The notes below the pieces were generated by a model that worked only from the letters and a program-made list of their open reading frames with translations, was not told where the DNA came from and did not search any database. Both the position numbers and the translations under genes were made by a program. DNA of 51,194 bases, taken from the NCBI GenBank assembly GCA_001938485.1, contig MQRK01185861.1:1-51194 (forward strand), in the 5' to 3' direction. The first letter of the stretch is position 1, and every line of letters starts with the position of its first letter. Shown here piece by piece: positions 1 to 9,595 of this stretch. Source of the stretch: Girardia tigrina. Its lineage: Eukaryota.

Positions 1-59
1 GCTGAGATATAATCGATTTTCTAAAATTTTTTCACTTAGTTACGGTGCAATTACTCATA

Positions 60-478
60 GTTACCGTGAGAATTTGCCTAGCAACCTATAGTAATATATA
101 CTACTTATCAAGAGGGCTATCCAATGGAGCAATAAAAAGGCCCTTAGCAACGGTTGCCATGGTAACGGTCACCTAGTTACCGAGATCAGGTTACTGGCCC
201 TTAGTTACGGTTCCTTAGCAACNNNNNNNNNNNNNNNNNNNNNNNNNNNNNNNNNNNNNNNNNNNNNNNNNNNNNNNNNNNNNNNNNNNNNNNNNNNNNN
301 NNNNNNNNNNNNNNNNNNNNNNNNNNNNNNNNNNNNNNNNNNNNNNNNNNNNNNNNNCATGGTAACCGCGACCGTTGCTATGGTAATCGGGTCGGTTGCC
401 ATGGTAACCACGATAACCCATATCGTTGCCATGGCTACGGCCAGGGGCGGGGTGGGACCGAATGCCCATTTTCCCCCT
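60..478. repeat. Degenerate array of GTTGCCATGGTAAC-like palindromic units (probably a TE subterminal region), interrupted by an N gap
   Basis: GTTGCCATGGTAAC at 153-166 and 395-408; variants at 374-387 and 425-438; several TAGCAAC/TAGTTAC half-sites; gap at 223-357. Confidence 0.6.
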
Positions 479-744
479 ACTGTCGTAGGCTCTTTAGACT
501 GTCCACCACAACTAAAAAGCACTAGCAGTCCCCCGATAGGCTTCGTACGAGGTTGTCAGCTTTCCACTTACTATGCCTCTTCGGACCCCCAGTAAAAAAC
601 GACCAACCATTTTCGGATTTTCCATGATTTTGCATTCTCTTGTCCTTTCCTGTGGAATTTGAACAGTCAGCGAATGGACAGTTGAAATTTCCTTTTTCAG
701 TTAAATCCGTTAAACGGAAATTTAACACTTCTAAGGAGATCTTT

Positions 745-910
745 GCCGAGAGTTGAATTCAGTTACCCATTCTATTTGTATGTCATTGACATTCGCGACT
801 ACATGTATCCTTTGTCCATTCATATTCATAATCTTAGTTATTGAGACATTGATTTTTAGACCCATCTTAGTGAAAACACTATTTAAGATATCAAGATTGC
901 TCACCAGATT
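745..910 (-). mobile_element. LINE (RTE-like) reverse transcriptase, 3' portion, separated from its 5' portion by the LTR insertion
   Basis: Manual translation NLVSNLDILNSVFTKMGLKINVSITKIM...IEWVTEFN continues in frame from ...YVDDLCLINPDYN at 5082-5130. Confidence 0.85.
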
Positions 911-915
911 GTTGT

Positions 916-1583
916 TGTAAAGTGGGCGCCACTTCGTCTATCTGAGACCTGAGCTGGCCCGATTGTCGTAAATCGATCCTGGGAATTGGATCGAGAGAAA
1001 CTGCTAAAAAAAATAATACCCTACCGGTTTCGGATGGCGTTGGGATATAGTGGGGGCCGCCATCTTGCCCGACAGCTCCGGAATGATGTTGATGCGATTT
1101 GAGGTCCGGTGAGTTTTCGAATAGCTTTGTGAGAAAATCGAAACAGTTTTCGACGCACAAATCCTCTAATGAGCCGATATGCATTTTGGAGATATATGAA
1201 AGAAAGAGAGAGATATAGGTAGATGTAAACAGAGGTTGTGGTAGAAAAAAACTTCAAGTAGAAAATGCCACAATGAGATAAAAAGAAAATAATCAAAAAA
1301 TATTGAAAATATTTATTGCCATTAAAAATATTTGAATAATCCACCGGAAAAAAGATTTATTTACATGGTTAAAACAAAATTAATTTAGTTAATTCTTTTT
1401 TTTAAATTAATTTCCGTCATTTCTTCACGTTCTAATTTGGTCGATTCACTCCATTTTTAAAATTAAATTTCGTATTTTTTGCACGTTTTTTTTGTTAGTT
1501 TTAATAAAATTAAATTAGTTAATTAATAATTAATTTAGTTAAAATTAAATTAATAGTTAAATTAATAAATTGTGGTCACTACA
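916..1583 (-). repeat. 3' LTR
   Basis: TGTAAAGT...GGTCACTACA on +; about a dozen differences from 4413-5081 by eye; short G-rich tract (GGGGGCTGA on -) precedes it. Confidence 0.95.
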
Positions 1584-1619
1584 TCAGCCCCCAACGATAA
1601 ATGCGGAGTATGATGCGAA

Positions 1620-3497
1620 TTATTGTTTGGTGAGGGAGACCTGTGAATCGTTGAACTGGACAAATGGTGCAAAGGAGACGGACCGTCGTACTAAAGATGG
1701 AGGTTTATTGTTGTATTGGGTGTTATAATTGATGTGGTCATAATTGGTGTTGTGATTGATGTGGTTGTGGATACCTACACGGAACCATGGTTTGGCGACG
1801 CTGCAGCTGTTAACGCCATTTACTTCATTCGCTGCGGTTTTTAGGATTGGAACCAGTTCTTTTTGCTTGTGGTGGACGCATCCTGGGGCACAGTCCTTGG
1901 AGTCCTTTCTAAATTGGGCGTGCCAAATGCACACTTCGGTCATATGAAGTTCAGATTTGGTACAGGGAAATGTGCACCCCGGTTGACACTTCTTCGCTTC
2001 CTTGTTGAATCGACGGTGAAAATAACACATCGTAGCGTTCGAGAATAAACCGGGTGGGGGTGTCTGTGTCCCTCCATGACATTGAGCGGCTAATGTTCTT
2101 CCTGTGTGAATTTGCAATTTCCGAGTCACGGTATTTCTGAACGGCGTGTTGTCATCTCGCAGGTCCTTATGATTGCGGTTGATGTCGATTGGTGCTTCCT
2201 GGATTGTGTGGATGCCAGCAAGAGTCGATGGCACGTGTTGGCTGTCGGAAATATAATCGTTGAAGATTAGTTTTCGATTCCTGCAGTCGACAAGAATGTT
2301 AAAATGGTCGAAGAAATCGGCACCTAGAATGGGTTGTGGGACATCGGCCACAACAAAGGTCAAATTGAAGGTTTGGTTGAGCTGTTTCAATGAAAATGAT
2401 AATTGAAGCTTTCCAAACGTTTGGACTGTGGATCCATTCACAGCTTTAAGTTGCTGAGCATGTCGAGTGCTGTGCGGTTGGAATCGGCGTGGTAAGACGG
2501 ATAGCGCAGATCCAGTGTCTACCAAGAAAGACGCCAATGAAATGGGGCTGTTGCTTATGTGGGCATCATAAGTGAATAAACCACAGCAGCTGTCCTCGTC
2601 CTTGTCATCTGCTGCTTGGATAGAAGGCGAAACTAGTTTTTTTGGCGGTTCATGTTTGCAACCGGGAGCGCATGATCTGGCTTGATCGGCGTAATTATGG
2701 TGCCAAATGCATGTGTCCGTCATGTCAAGTATCGAGCGGTCGCCTTTCCACTCGCAGCCGGGTTGGCATTTCTTAGCCTTGGTGCCAAATTTGTGGTGAT
2801 AATAGCAGAGAGGAGTTTGTTGTTTCGTCGGGTTCCTCCGGTGGTCATGTTGACCGTTGGGTCTGCCGCGGTGTCGGTTGTCCGATCCCGACTTCAATAA
2901 TGCGACAGTGGATGCCAGATCAGACATGATGGTGGCCATCTGAGCTATCTGAGCTGTCAGTGCCTCGATTTGTCCGTTCTGTTGTGTCACCGAGTCAGGA
3001 TTTTCGCATCCGGGGGTGGGTGGGGACAGGTTGAAACAAGTGTCGGAAATGGAGAGCACTGTTTCGGTAATTTTATCTGCGATTTCTGCCAGTTCTTTCA
3101 GATCAGTGGTGCTGGTGGCTGCGAGAATAGCATTGTGAATCGGGGAAAGCGATTGACTGAAAAATTTCTTCAAAATCGCTGAGTTTTTATTCTGTGTAAT
3201 CCCTGGATGGATCAACTCAAGATCGCTGATAACCCGTTGTAAGAATTGTGATGGCTTCAGTATGCCGATTTGTTGTGTCTTGAAGTAGTTTTCAAAGACA
3301 ACATCAAATTTGGGCTCGTGAGCCATCATAATTTTTTGCCGAAGTTGGTTATACGGTTCGGCGTGCTGTATGATTGCTGCAAGAGGTGGTGCAAGCATTT
3401 GGAGTTGTTCTGCTGGAATCTCACTGAGCAGGTTCTGGAACAGACTGTTCTGCGACTTGATGCGGATCGCCTTGAACCTGACATCCATGAGGTCCAA
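1620..3497 (-). CDS. Gag (DUF7041-like N-terminus, CHCC zinc fingers), retropepsin aspartic protease and a duplicated CHCC pair; the open frame extends upstream to 3665
   Basis: FLVDTGSALSVLP and PILGADF protease motifs; four C-X2-H-X9-C-X3-C motifs; upstream in-frame KVAPPTFF...PKVWLDLMDVRF resembles the DUF7041 Gag start. Confidence 0.9.
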   Translation of the reverse strand: MDLMDVRFKAIRIKSQNSLFQNLLSEIPAEQLQMLAPPLAAIIQHAEPYNQLRQKIMMAHEPKFDVVFENYFKTQQIGILKPSQFLQRVISDLELIHPGITQNKNSAILKKFFSQSLSPIHNAILAATSTTDLKELAEIADKITETVLSISDTCFNLSPPTPGCENPDSVTQQNGQIEALTAQIAQMATIMSDLASTVALLKSGSDNRHRGRPNGQHDHRRNPTKQQTPLCYYHHKFGTKAKKCQPGCEWKGDRSILDMTDTCIWHHNYADQARSCAPGCKHEPPKKLVSPSIQAADDKDEDSCCGLFTYDAHISNSPISLASFLVDTGSALSVLPRRFQPHSTRHAQQLKAVNGSTVQTFGKLQLSFSLKQLNQTFNLTFVVADVPQPILGADFFDHFNILVDCRNRKLIFNDYISDSQHVPSTLAGIHTIQEAPIDINRNHKDLRDDNTPFRNTVTRKLQIHTGRTLAAQCHGGTQTPPPGLFSNATMCYFHRRFNKEAKKCQPGCTFPCTKSELHMTEVCIWHAQFRKDSKDCAPGCVHHKQKELVPILKTAANEVNGVNSCSVAKPWFRVGIHNHINHNTNYDHINYNTQYNNKPPSLVRRSVSFAPFVQFNDSQVSLTKQ

Positions 3498-3605
3498 CCA
3501 TACTTTGGGTGAACCGGTTTGATCTACAAAGAATGTGGGTGGCGCAACCTTTAAAGCGTTTGTGTCCGCATACTCATCTGAGATATGATCGGAGTCCTTA
3601 TCGTT

Positions 3606-3830
3606 GCCCCCTAGTAATCCGGTGTGATAGTCAAGAATAGTGTGGTCTGTAATACCGTATTGTAGTCATGTTATGCAACCCCTTAATGGTCTGTGACCAT
3701 GCGTCAAGTAGAATTGTGGTCTTGTAGTAGTTTGGAGGGTCATCATGAGGGATTTGATAGTGAAAGTTGGGTCGACAATAAATACATTATGTGAAAATTC
3801 GGAACATCCCCTTATTCTGATCGATATGTA
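3606..3830 (-). CDS. Ubiquitin-like domain ending in LLGG, in frame with Gag, with one internal TGA
   Basis: YISIRIRGCSEFSHNVFIVDPTFTIKSLMMTLQTTTRPQFYLTHGHRPLRGCIT*LQYGITDHTILDYHTGLLGG: 75 codons, ubiquitin/FUBI-like pattern recognised by eye. Confidence 0.7.
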
Positions 3831-4399
3831 GCGTCTGTGTGACGGATTTGATGTGGTTGTAATCTGTTCAGTGCATATAATAGTGTCTGTTTCTGTAGGT
3901 AGGATGTGGTGAGCTTTAATGTGTCGTGTGCTGTGGTTTGTGTGGTTATCGGTTGTGAAAGTTGTCGTCAGATTGTGCGGTTCCACTTGGGTTATAATTA
4001 CTTTTACTTTATAATTAATTTCAAAATTTAAATAATTTTTAAAAATTTTGTTATTTTTCCATTTACACATAGGTTGAAAAGAGTATTTAACATAATTATT
4101 TGAAATATTAATATATTTAACATATTTTAGTTTTTTATTTAATACATTTAGTTGGAGGGATGAATCGACAACAAAGGAACTTACATGAAATTTCGTCGAT
4201 AAAGTATCAACGTGTCGCGTCTGTTCAGTTGTTGTCGTCGTCTGTCTCTCGGGATGACTGGTTATTGTTTTCGGCATCGTCCGGTTTTCGGCGGCGTGAC
4301 GGTGGTCCATGTCGGAATTGGATTGTTGATCCGAGTCCTCGGTTATCCGTGAAGTGGAATGGCGGCGGTACGCAGCTTCGGTAGCGGTTAGAGTTTTTG

Positions 4400-4411
4400 C
4401 TTCTGACACCA
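4400..4411 (-). promoter_or_regulatory. Primer binding site, tRNA-Leu-like
   Basis: TGGTGTCAGAAG one base inside the 5' LTR; complementary to the ...CTTCTGACACCA 3' end of metazoan tRNA-Leu. Confidence 0.8.
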
Positions 4412-4412
4412 T

Positions 4413-5081
4413 TGTAAAGTGAGCGCCACTTCGTCTATGTGAGACCTGAGCTGGCCCGATTGTCGTAGATCGATCCTGGGAATTGGATCGAGAGAAACTG
4501 CTAAAAAAATAATACCCTACCGGTTTCGGATGGCGTTGGGATATAGTGGGGGCCGCCATCTTGCCCGACAGCTCCGGAATGATGTTGATGCGATTTGAGG
4601 TCCGGTGAGTTTTCGAACAGCTTTGTGAGAAAATCGAAACAGTTTTCGACGCACAAATCCTCTAATGAGCCGATATGCATTTTGGAGATATATGAAAGAA
4701 AGAGAGAGATATAGGTAGATGTAAACAGAGGTTGTGGTAGAAAAAAACTTCAAGTAGAAAATGCCACAATGAGATAAAAAGAAAATAATCAAAAAATATT
4801 GAAAATATTTATTGCCATTAAAAATATTTGAATAATCCACCGGAAAAAAGATTTATTTACATGGTTAAAACAAAATTAATTTAGTTAATTCTTTTTTTTA
4901 AATTAATTTCCGTCATTTCTTTACGTTCTAATGTTGTCGATTCACTCCATTTTTAAAATTAAATTTCGTATTTTTTTGCACGTTTTTTTTTGTTAGTTTT
5001 GATAAAATTAAATTAGTTAATTAATAATTAATTTAGTTAAAATTAAATTAATAGTTAAATTAATAAATTATGGTCACTACA
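4413..5081 (-). repeat. 5' LTR
   Basis: Near-identical direct repeat of 916-1583 with TG...CA termini. Confidence 0.95.
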
Positions 5082-5086
5082 GTTGT

Positions 5087-6390
5087 AGTCAGGATTGATG
5101 AGACAGAGATCGTCAACGTAAGCCAAAAAATTCAGCCCAGTTGTCTGGCCTTCGTATAAGAGTCGTGCTCCATCCTTCATTCCATGGTCTGCTGCTATTT
5201 TGAGTACCCTATCAAATAGGATATTGAATAAGATAGGACCCAAAATACACCCTTGCCGTACTCCTTTCTTCATCGTAAACGTATTCTCACCAATAGAGCC
5301 TTCAAAGTCAATTTGGAATAGTTTAATTAGTTCCAAAGTACTCCCATTGATTCCCAACTTTTCCAGTGCTGCCCACAGAATACTACTGGGTACACTGTCG
5401 AGAACCTTTTTCAGGTCTATGAAAATGACGATTATGTTATTATCACCATATTTTGCCGATTCTTGCTATTTTCTGAGTATTCCTATTGCATGACCGGTGC
5501 ATCTCCCTTGTCGGAAATTGAACTGACATTCACTCAGACTGTTTTCAAGTATGGGAAGGATTCTGTTCGCAATGAGCCTGGCTAGTATTTTGCCACCAAC
5601 TTCTAGTAGGAAGATACCTCTATAGTTGTTGAGGTCCTTCCTAAATCCTTTTCCTTCGTACAGAATTATGATCTTTACCTCACTCCAGGACTTTGGGAAA
5701 TTCTCTAATCCACTCCAGATTCTATGGAAACATTCCTGTATTTTCCACCATAATTCTGCACTTCCCCATTTGAACAACTCTTGGATAATCCCGTCCGTGC
5801 TCGCTGCTGTACCGTTATTCAGTTTGCTAATAGCTAGACCGACTTCTTCGATGTTTGGAGGATTATTTATTGCTCCTATAATATTTGAAGCTTTCTCCGA
5901 TTAGTTGAATTCCAGTTGTTTCATCCCAATCGTTACTGTCGAACAATTTGGAGAAGTGATTAGTTAGTTCAATATCTGACACTGCCGCTTTGGTCGTACA
6001 TAATGTGTATTCCTTCGCGTCTGGATTACACATCAGCTTAATTTCCTGGAAGAACTCTTTTCGTGTTCATATCTGTACGTTTAACACGACAATTAAAATC
6101 ACCCCCAATGAAGAGTTCAGGATGAGTAGATCTAGCCAAGCCTTTCTCGTCCGCTATTAGGCGTCCGAGATCCGAGTAAAATGAGGATTTCTCCTCTGGA
6201 GAGTATCCACAGTCCGTAAGACCATAGACAGTGATAATTGTTGTATGTCTTTCTGGAACCCGATATACTAGTACACGATCACTTTTCGTTATTGTCTCGA
6301 TGTTATGACTATCCGACTTTCTAATCATTAATGTGACACCTCGTATTTTCCTATCCCCTAAGGCGTTCCCACTGACCAGAATCACCCAAT
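5087..6390 (-). mobile_element. Degenerate LINE (RTE-like): APE endonuclease and RT fragments
   Basis: FIGGDFNCRV (APE); NNYRGIFLL, QFNFRQGR, KGVRQGCILGPILFNI, LAYVDD (RT); stops and deletions. Confidence 0.9.
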
Positions 6391-6879
6391 TATATATAAG
6401 GTTGATAAAAGGTTGTACAATTGTTGAACCTTTTGCCTAAAGATTGACGAAAATCCACTGAAATAAATCGCAACTAGTTAATCAAAAAATTTAATTTTTT
6501 AAATTCATTATTTATGCAGACAGAACTCTACTTTGCCAACAAAGTTTTAATTAAAAAATAATTAAAAAAACACAATAAAAAATTAATATAAACTACTTAT
6601 AATTTATAAGTAGATCTTTTTCAATTAATGTTGTTCTGGAACTCCGAATTTTCCGTTTTTTCCCATTTTTGGACCTTAAAAATTTTCACATAATCATTTA
6701 TTGTCATCGAAAATGAGTAAGCTTGCAAAGTTTGAAGAAAATTGATTGAGTAAAAGGCCTTCAAAAATATGTTTCTAAATTCCATGGATATATATATAAA
6801 GTAAGCTAATAAAAAGAATGCAAAAAATGGAAAATTTTAAATGTAGATTAAGAATATAAAAATACATTTTATTTTGTCA

Positions 6880-7660
6880 AATTGTTTTTTTATTTTAATG
6901 ATTGATGAATACAGAAATAGTTCAGATAAACAGTTTCAAATTATCAAATATAGCCTCAATTGGTGAGATCCGAACATAATCCTAATGGGGTTGGAGATTT
7001 ATTACAAAATACATTTTGGATTTGATATGTTTGTGATATTATTTTTAAATTAAACGCATTATTTACACATTTTAAATTGAACGTTTAAATTGACCAAATC
7101 CTTCGGAATATGGAATGCTTAAAACGTATTTTAAATTCGTTGATTCTTCTTTATCATTTTTATCGGTTTATTAATTAATTTATCAATTGTTTCTTTGGTC
7201 AATTTCTCTACAATTGATTTTGAATAACCATTTTTATACAATAATTTGGTTAATTGGTTGATGCTATCACAATTTTTTGTATAAGTTGATGATAATGACC
7301 AAGATCGAAAAATTAATCCTATTATTATATTATATTTGTATCGAGATTCACAAAAACTGTTTGGCTTCGTATATAACCCAGTATCAGTTTTCTTTCTGTG
7401 AATCTCAGTCTCATAAAAACTCTTTTTTCCTTTCAATTAGTAAATCTACGAAAGATAATTTACCATTATTCTATGTTTCTGAAACCCTATTGAGTGTGTT
7501 TAGATGACATAACAATCCATTGATGACATAATCACTGCTTGCCTATATAAGCAGATTTAAAATTCATTTTTTTCTTGAGACCTGACGATGACGGTTATAC
7601 TTTCGAAATTAATTGTCATAATAAATAAATGTTTTATTAACAAATGGCGTGTTTTTGTGT
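6880..7660 (-). mobile_element. Penelope-like element remnant (RT thumb region) with adjacent inverted terminal segment
   Basis: TEIHRKKTDTGLY...KYNIIIGLIFRSWSLSS...LYKNGYSKSIV is typical of the PLE RT C-terminus; boundaries approximate. Confidence 0.75.
7575..7621 (+). ncRNA. Degenerate minimal hammerhead ribozyme
   Basis: TTGAGAC CTGACGA ... GAAA TTAA TT GTCATAA; core boxes intact, stem II eroded. Confidence 0.55.
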
Positions 7661-7988
7661 TTTAAAATAATTAGCCATCAGTTTTTAATTTTCTGAATAT
7701 ATATTATTTAACTTGCATAATATAAAATATTAAATTGAATTTTAATTTTTATTATTATATTTTTTCTCTACTAGTAATATTATTAATATAAATAATTAGT
7801 AAAATCAATTCTGGAAAAAAAACCGTTTAAAAAATGTATTTATAATTAAAAATACTATTAATTCTATTAATTCACCTTAATTATCTAACAACCAGTATAA
7901 ATAATGCCTACATTGTGTAATTCTAAACCGAAAAAAAACTGACCGCCCTATACTTAACGATTTCCTAACCATCGCAATAACCACTTCT

Positions 7989-8084
7989 TAATCGATAACA
8001 CTTAAGACGCAGCTTCGTCAGAGGTCTCATTTGTTTGACTCCGCCTTGTCTTTCAAGTCGAGATAATAACACTATCACTTGCAA
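7989..8084 (+). repeat. 96-bp exact direct repeat, copy 1
   Basis: Identical to 9265-9360. Confidence 0.9.
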
Positions 8085-9264
8085 GCAGCACCACTGCTGT
8101 GCTTGTTTTGCTTGCCCTTTATCTGTCTTATCTTTCCTCGCATCTCAACGCTCCTTTGATTCATACGAATACGACTAGGTCATCATTTGCTAAGGGAAAG
8201 CGCTTTGGTTTGGGTATTTGAATCTTAGATTAAAATTATTTTTAAGATTCCTGTTGATTTTTCGAAGCTAATTTTTTTCCTTTTTTTCCACATAAAATAT
8301 GTACTGTCAAATTATTATTATTATTATAAGAAAAATTTCTTTTTAATTAGATTAATTAGACTTTCGTTTTTTTTCGTTTTCTAGTTTTGATTGTTCCTTT
8401 ATTTTAAATTGTTTTTTTTTCATTATTTTGTTAATATCTCTATTATTATTATTATTTTTTAGTTATTTTTTATATTTTTAAAAAAAAGAAAAGAAAATGG
8501 AAATCAGAATTTCGTTTTCGTTGAAGGAAAATTTTATTAATATTCATTTTGAAAAACTGATTCTTTTTCTGGAAGGATTGAAATATTTATTTTTTATAAA
8601 AAGTTCATTGGACATTCTTGTGACCAAAAATTAAATATAAATATTTATAAATATATTTGTGAAGGTCGGGCTCAATTTCAAAATTTTTGAAACAATTAAT
8701 TTTTATAAAGAATTTCTAAAATAATTAAATATTTAAAATCAAAAGTTTTTAAAGCAATTTTAAGTAAAATAATATATATATCTTAATTAATTTAAAAAAG
8801 TTATTTTCGAAAATAATCAAATTTTAATTGTAGAGTAAAAAACTTGAAATGAGATTAATTCGGAAATAATGGATTTTTAAATAATTGATTTCAAAGAAAT
8901 ATATAAAGACAAGGATAATTATGTTGTACTAATTTTAAAAGTTATTCTAAAAAATAAAATAAGAAACTTTGTTGCTAGAGTTGTAAAGTAAAAAACAGAT
9001 AATTTTAAAGTCAGTTTGAAATTCTACAAATTAAAGATTTAACAAATAAACAGTTTCGTAAATAGAAATAAATATTAAGACTTTTATCATTAATGTATCT
9101 TAATAATAATAAAAATTTGAATATTGTAAATTATTTTGTTGTATTCTAAAATTTGTATGGTATTTAAAACAATTGTAGGTAAAAAAATGCTTTTAAACTG
9201 AAATATTGATAAAAAAACATTAAAATCTTTATTAATGTTTCACAAATAAGAAATAACCTTAAAC

Positions 9265-9360
9265 TAATCGATAACACTTAAGACGCAGCTTCGTCAGAGG
9301 TCTCATTTGTTTGACTCCGCCTTGTCTTTCAAGTCGAGATAATAACACTATCACTTGCAA
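9265..9360 (+). repeat. 96-bp exact direct repeat, copy 2
   Basis: Identical to 7989-8084. Confidence 0.9.
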
Positions 9361-9361
9361 C

Positions 9362-9595
9362 TTTTTATTTTATTTATTCTGAAAATTTACATTCCACTAT
9401 TTATAAATTAAAACCAACATAAATTTATAGTTATATTTTTACTAAATTAACCATAATGATTTTTTTATTATTTTAGAATTCTAAAATAATAAAAAAATCA
9501 TTATGGTTAATTTAGTAAAAATATAACTATAAATTTATGTTGGTTTTAATTTATAAATAGTGGAATGTAAATTTTCAGAATAAATAAAATAAAAA
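9362..9595. repeat. Perfect spacerless palindrome, 117-bp arms
   Basis: Arms are reverse complements centred on GAATTC (9476-9481). Confidence 0.9.

Larger units (their letters stand above)
916..5081 (-). mobile_element. Complete non-autonomous Ty3/Gypsy LTR retrotransposon (Ubl-Gag-protease, no RT/RNase H/integrase)
   Basis: Two ~668-bp TG...CA LTRs; identical 5-bp TSD GTTGT at 911-915 and 5082-5086; PBS next to the 5' LTR; gag/protease ORF inside. Confidence 0.95.

Noticed and set aside
60-478. CRISPR-like repeat array
   Set aside because: Units are irregularly spaced and degenerate, the context is eukaryotic and there are no cas genes.
891-1344. ORFs 891-1184, 1021-1344 and the twin at 4517-4840
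   Set aside because: They lie within the LTRs, have no domain motifs and are duplicated only because the LTR is.
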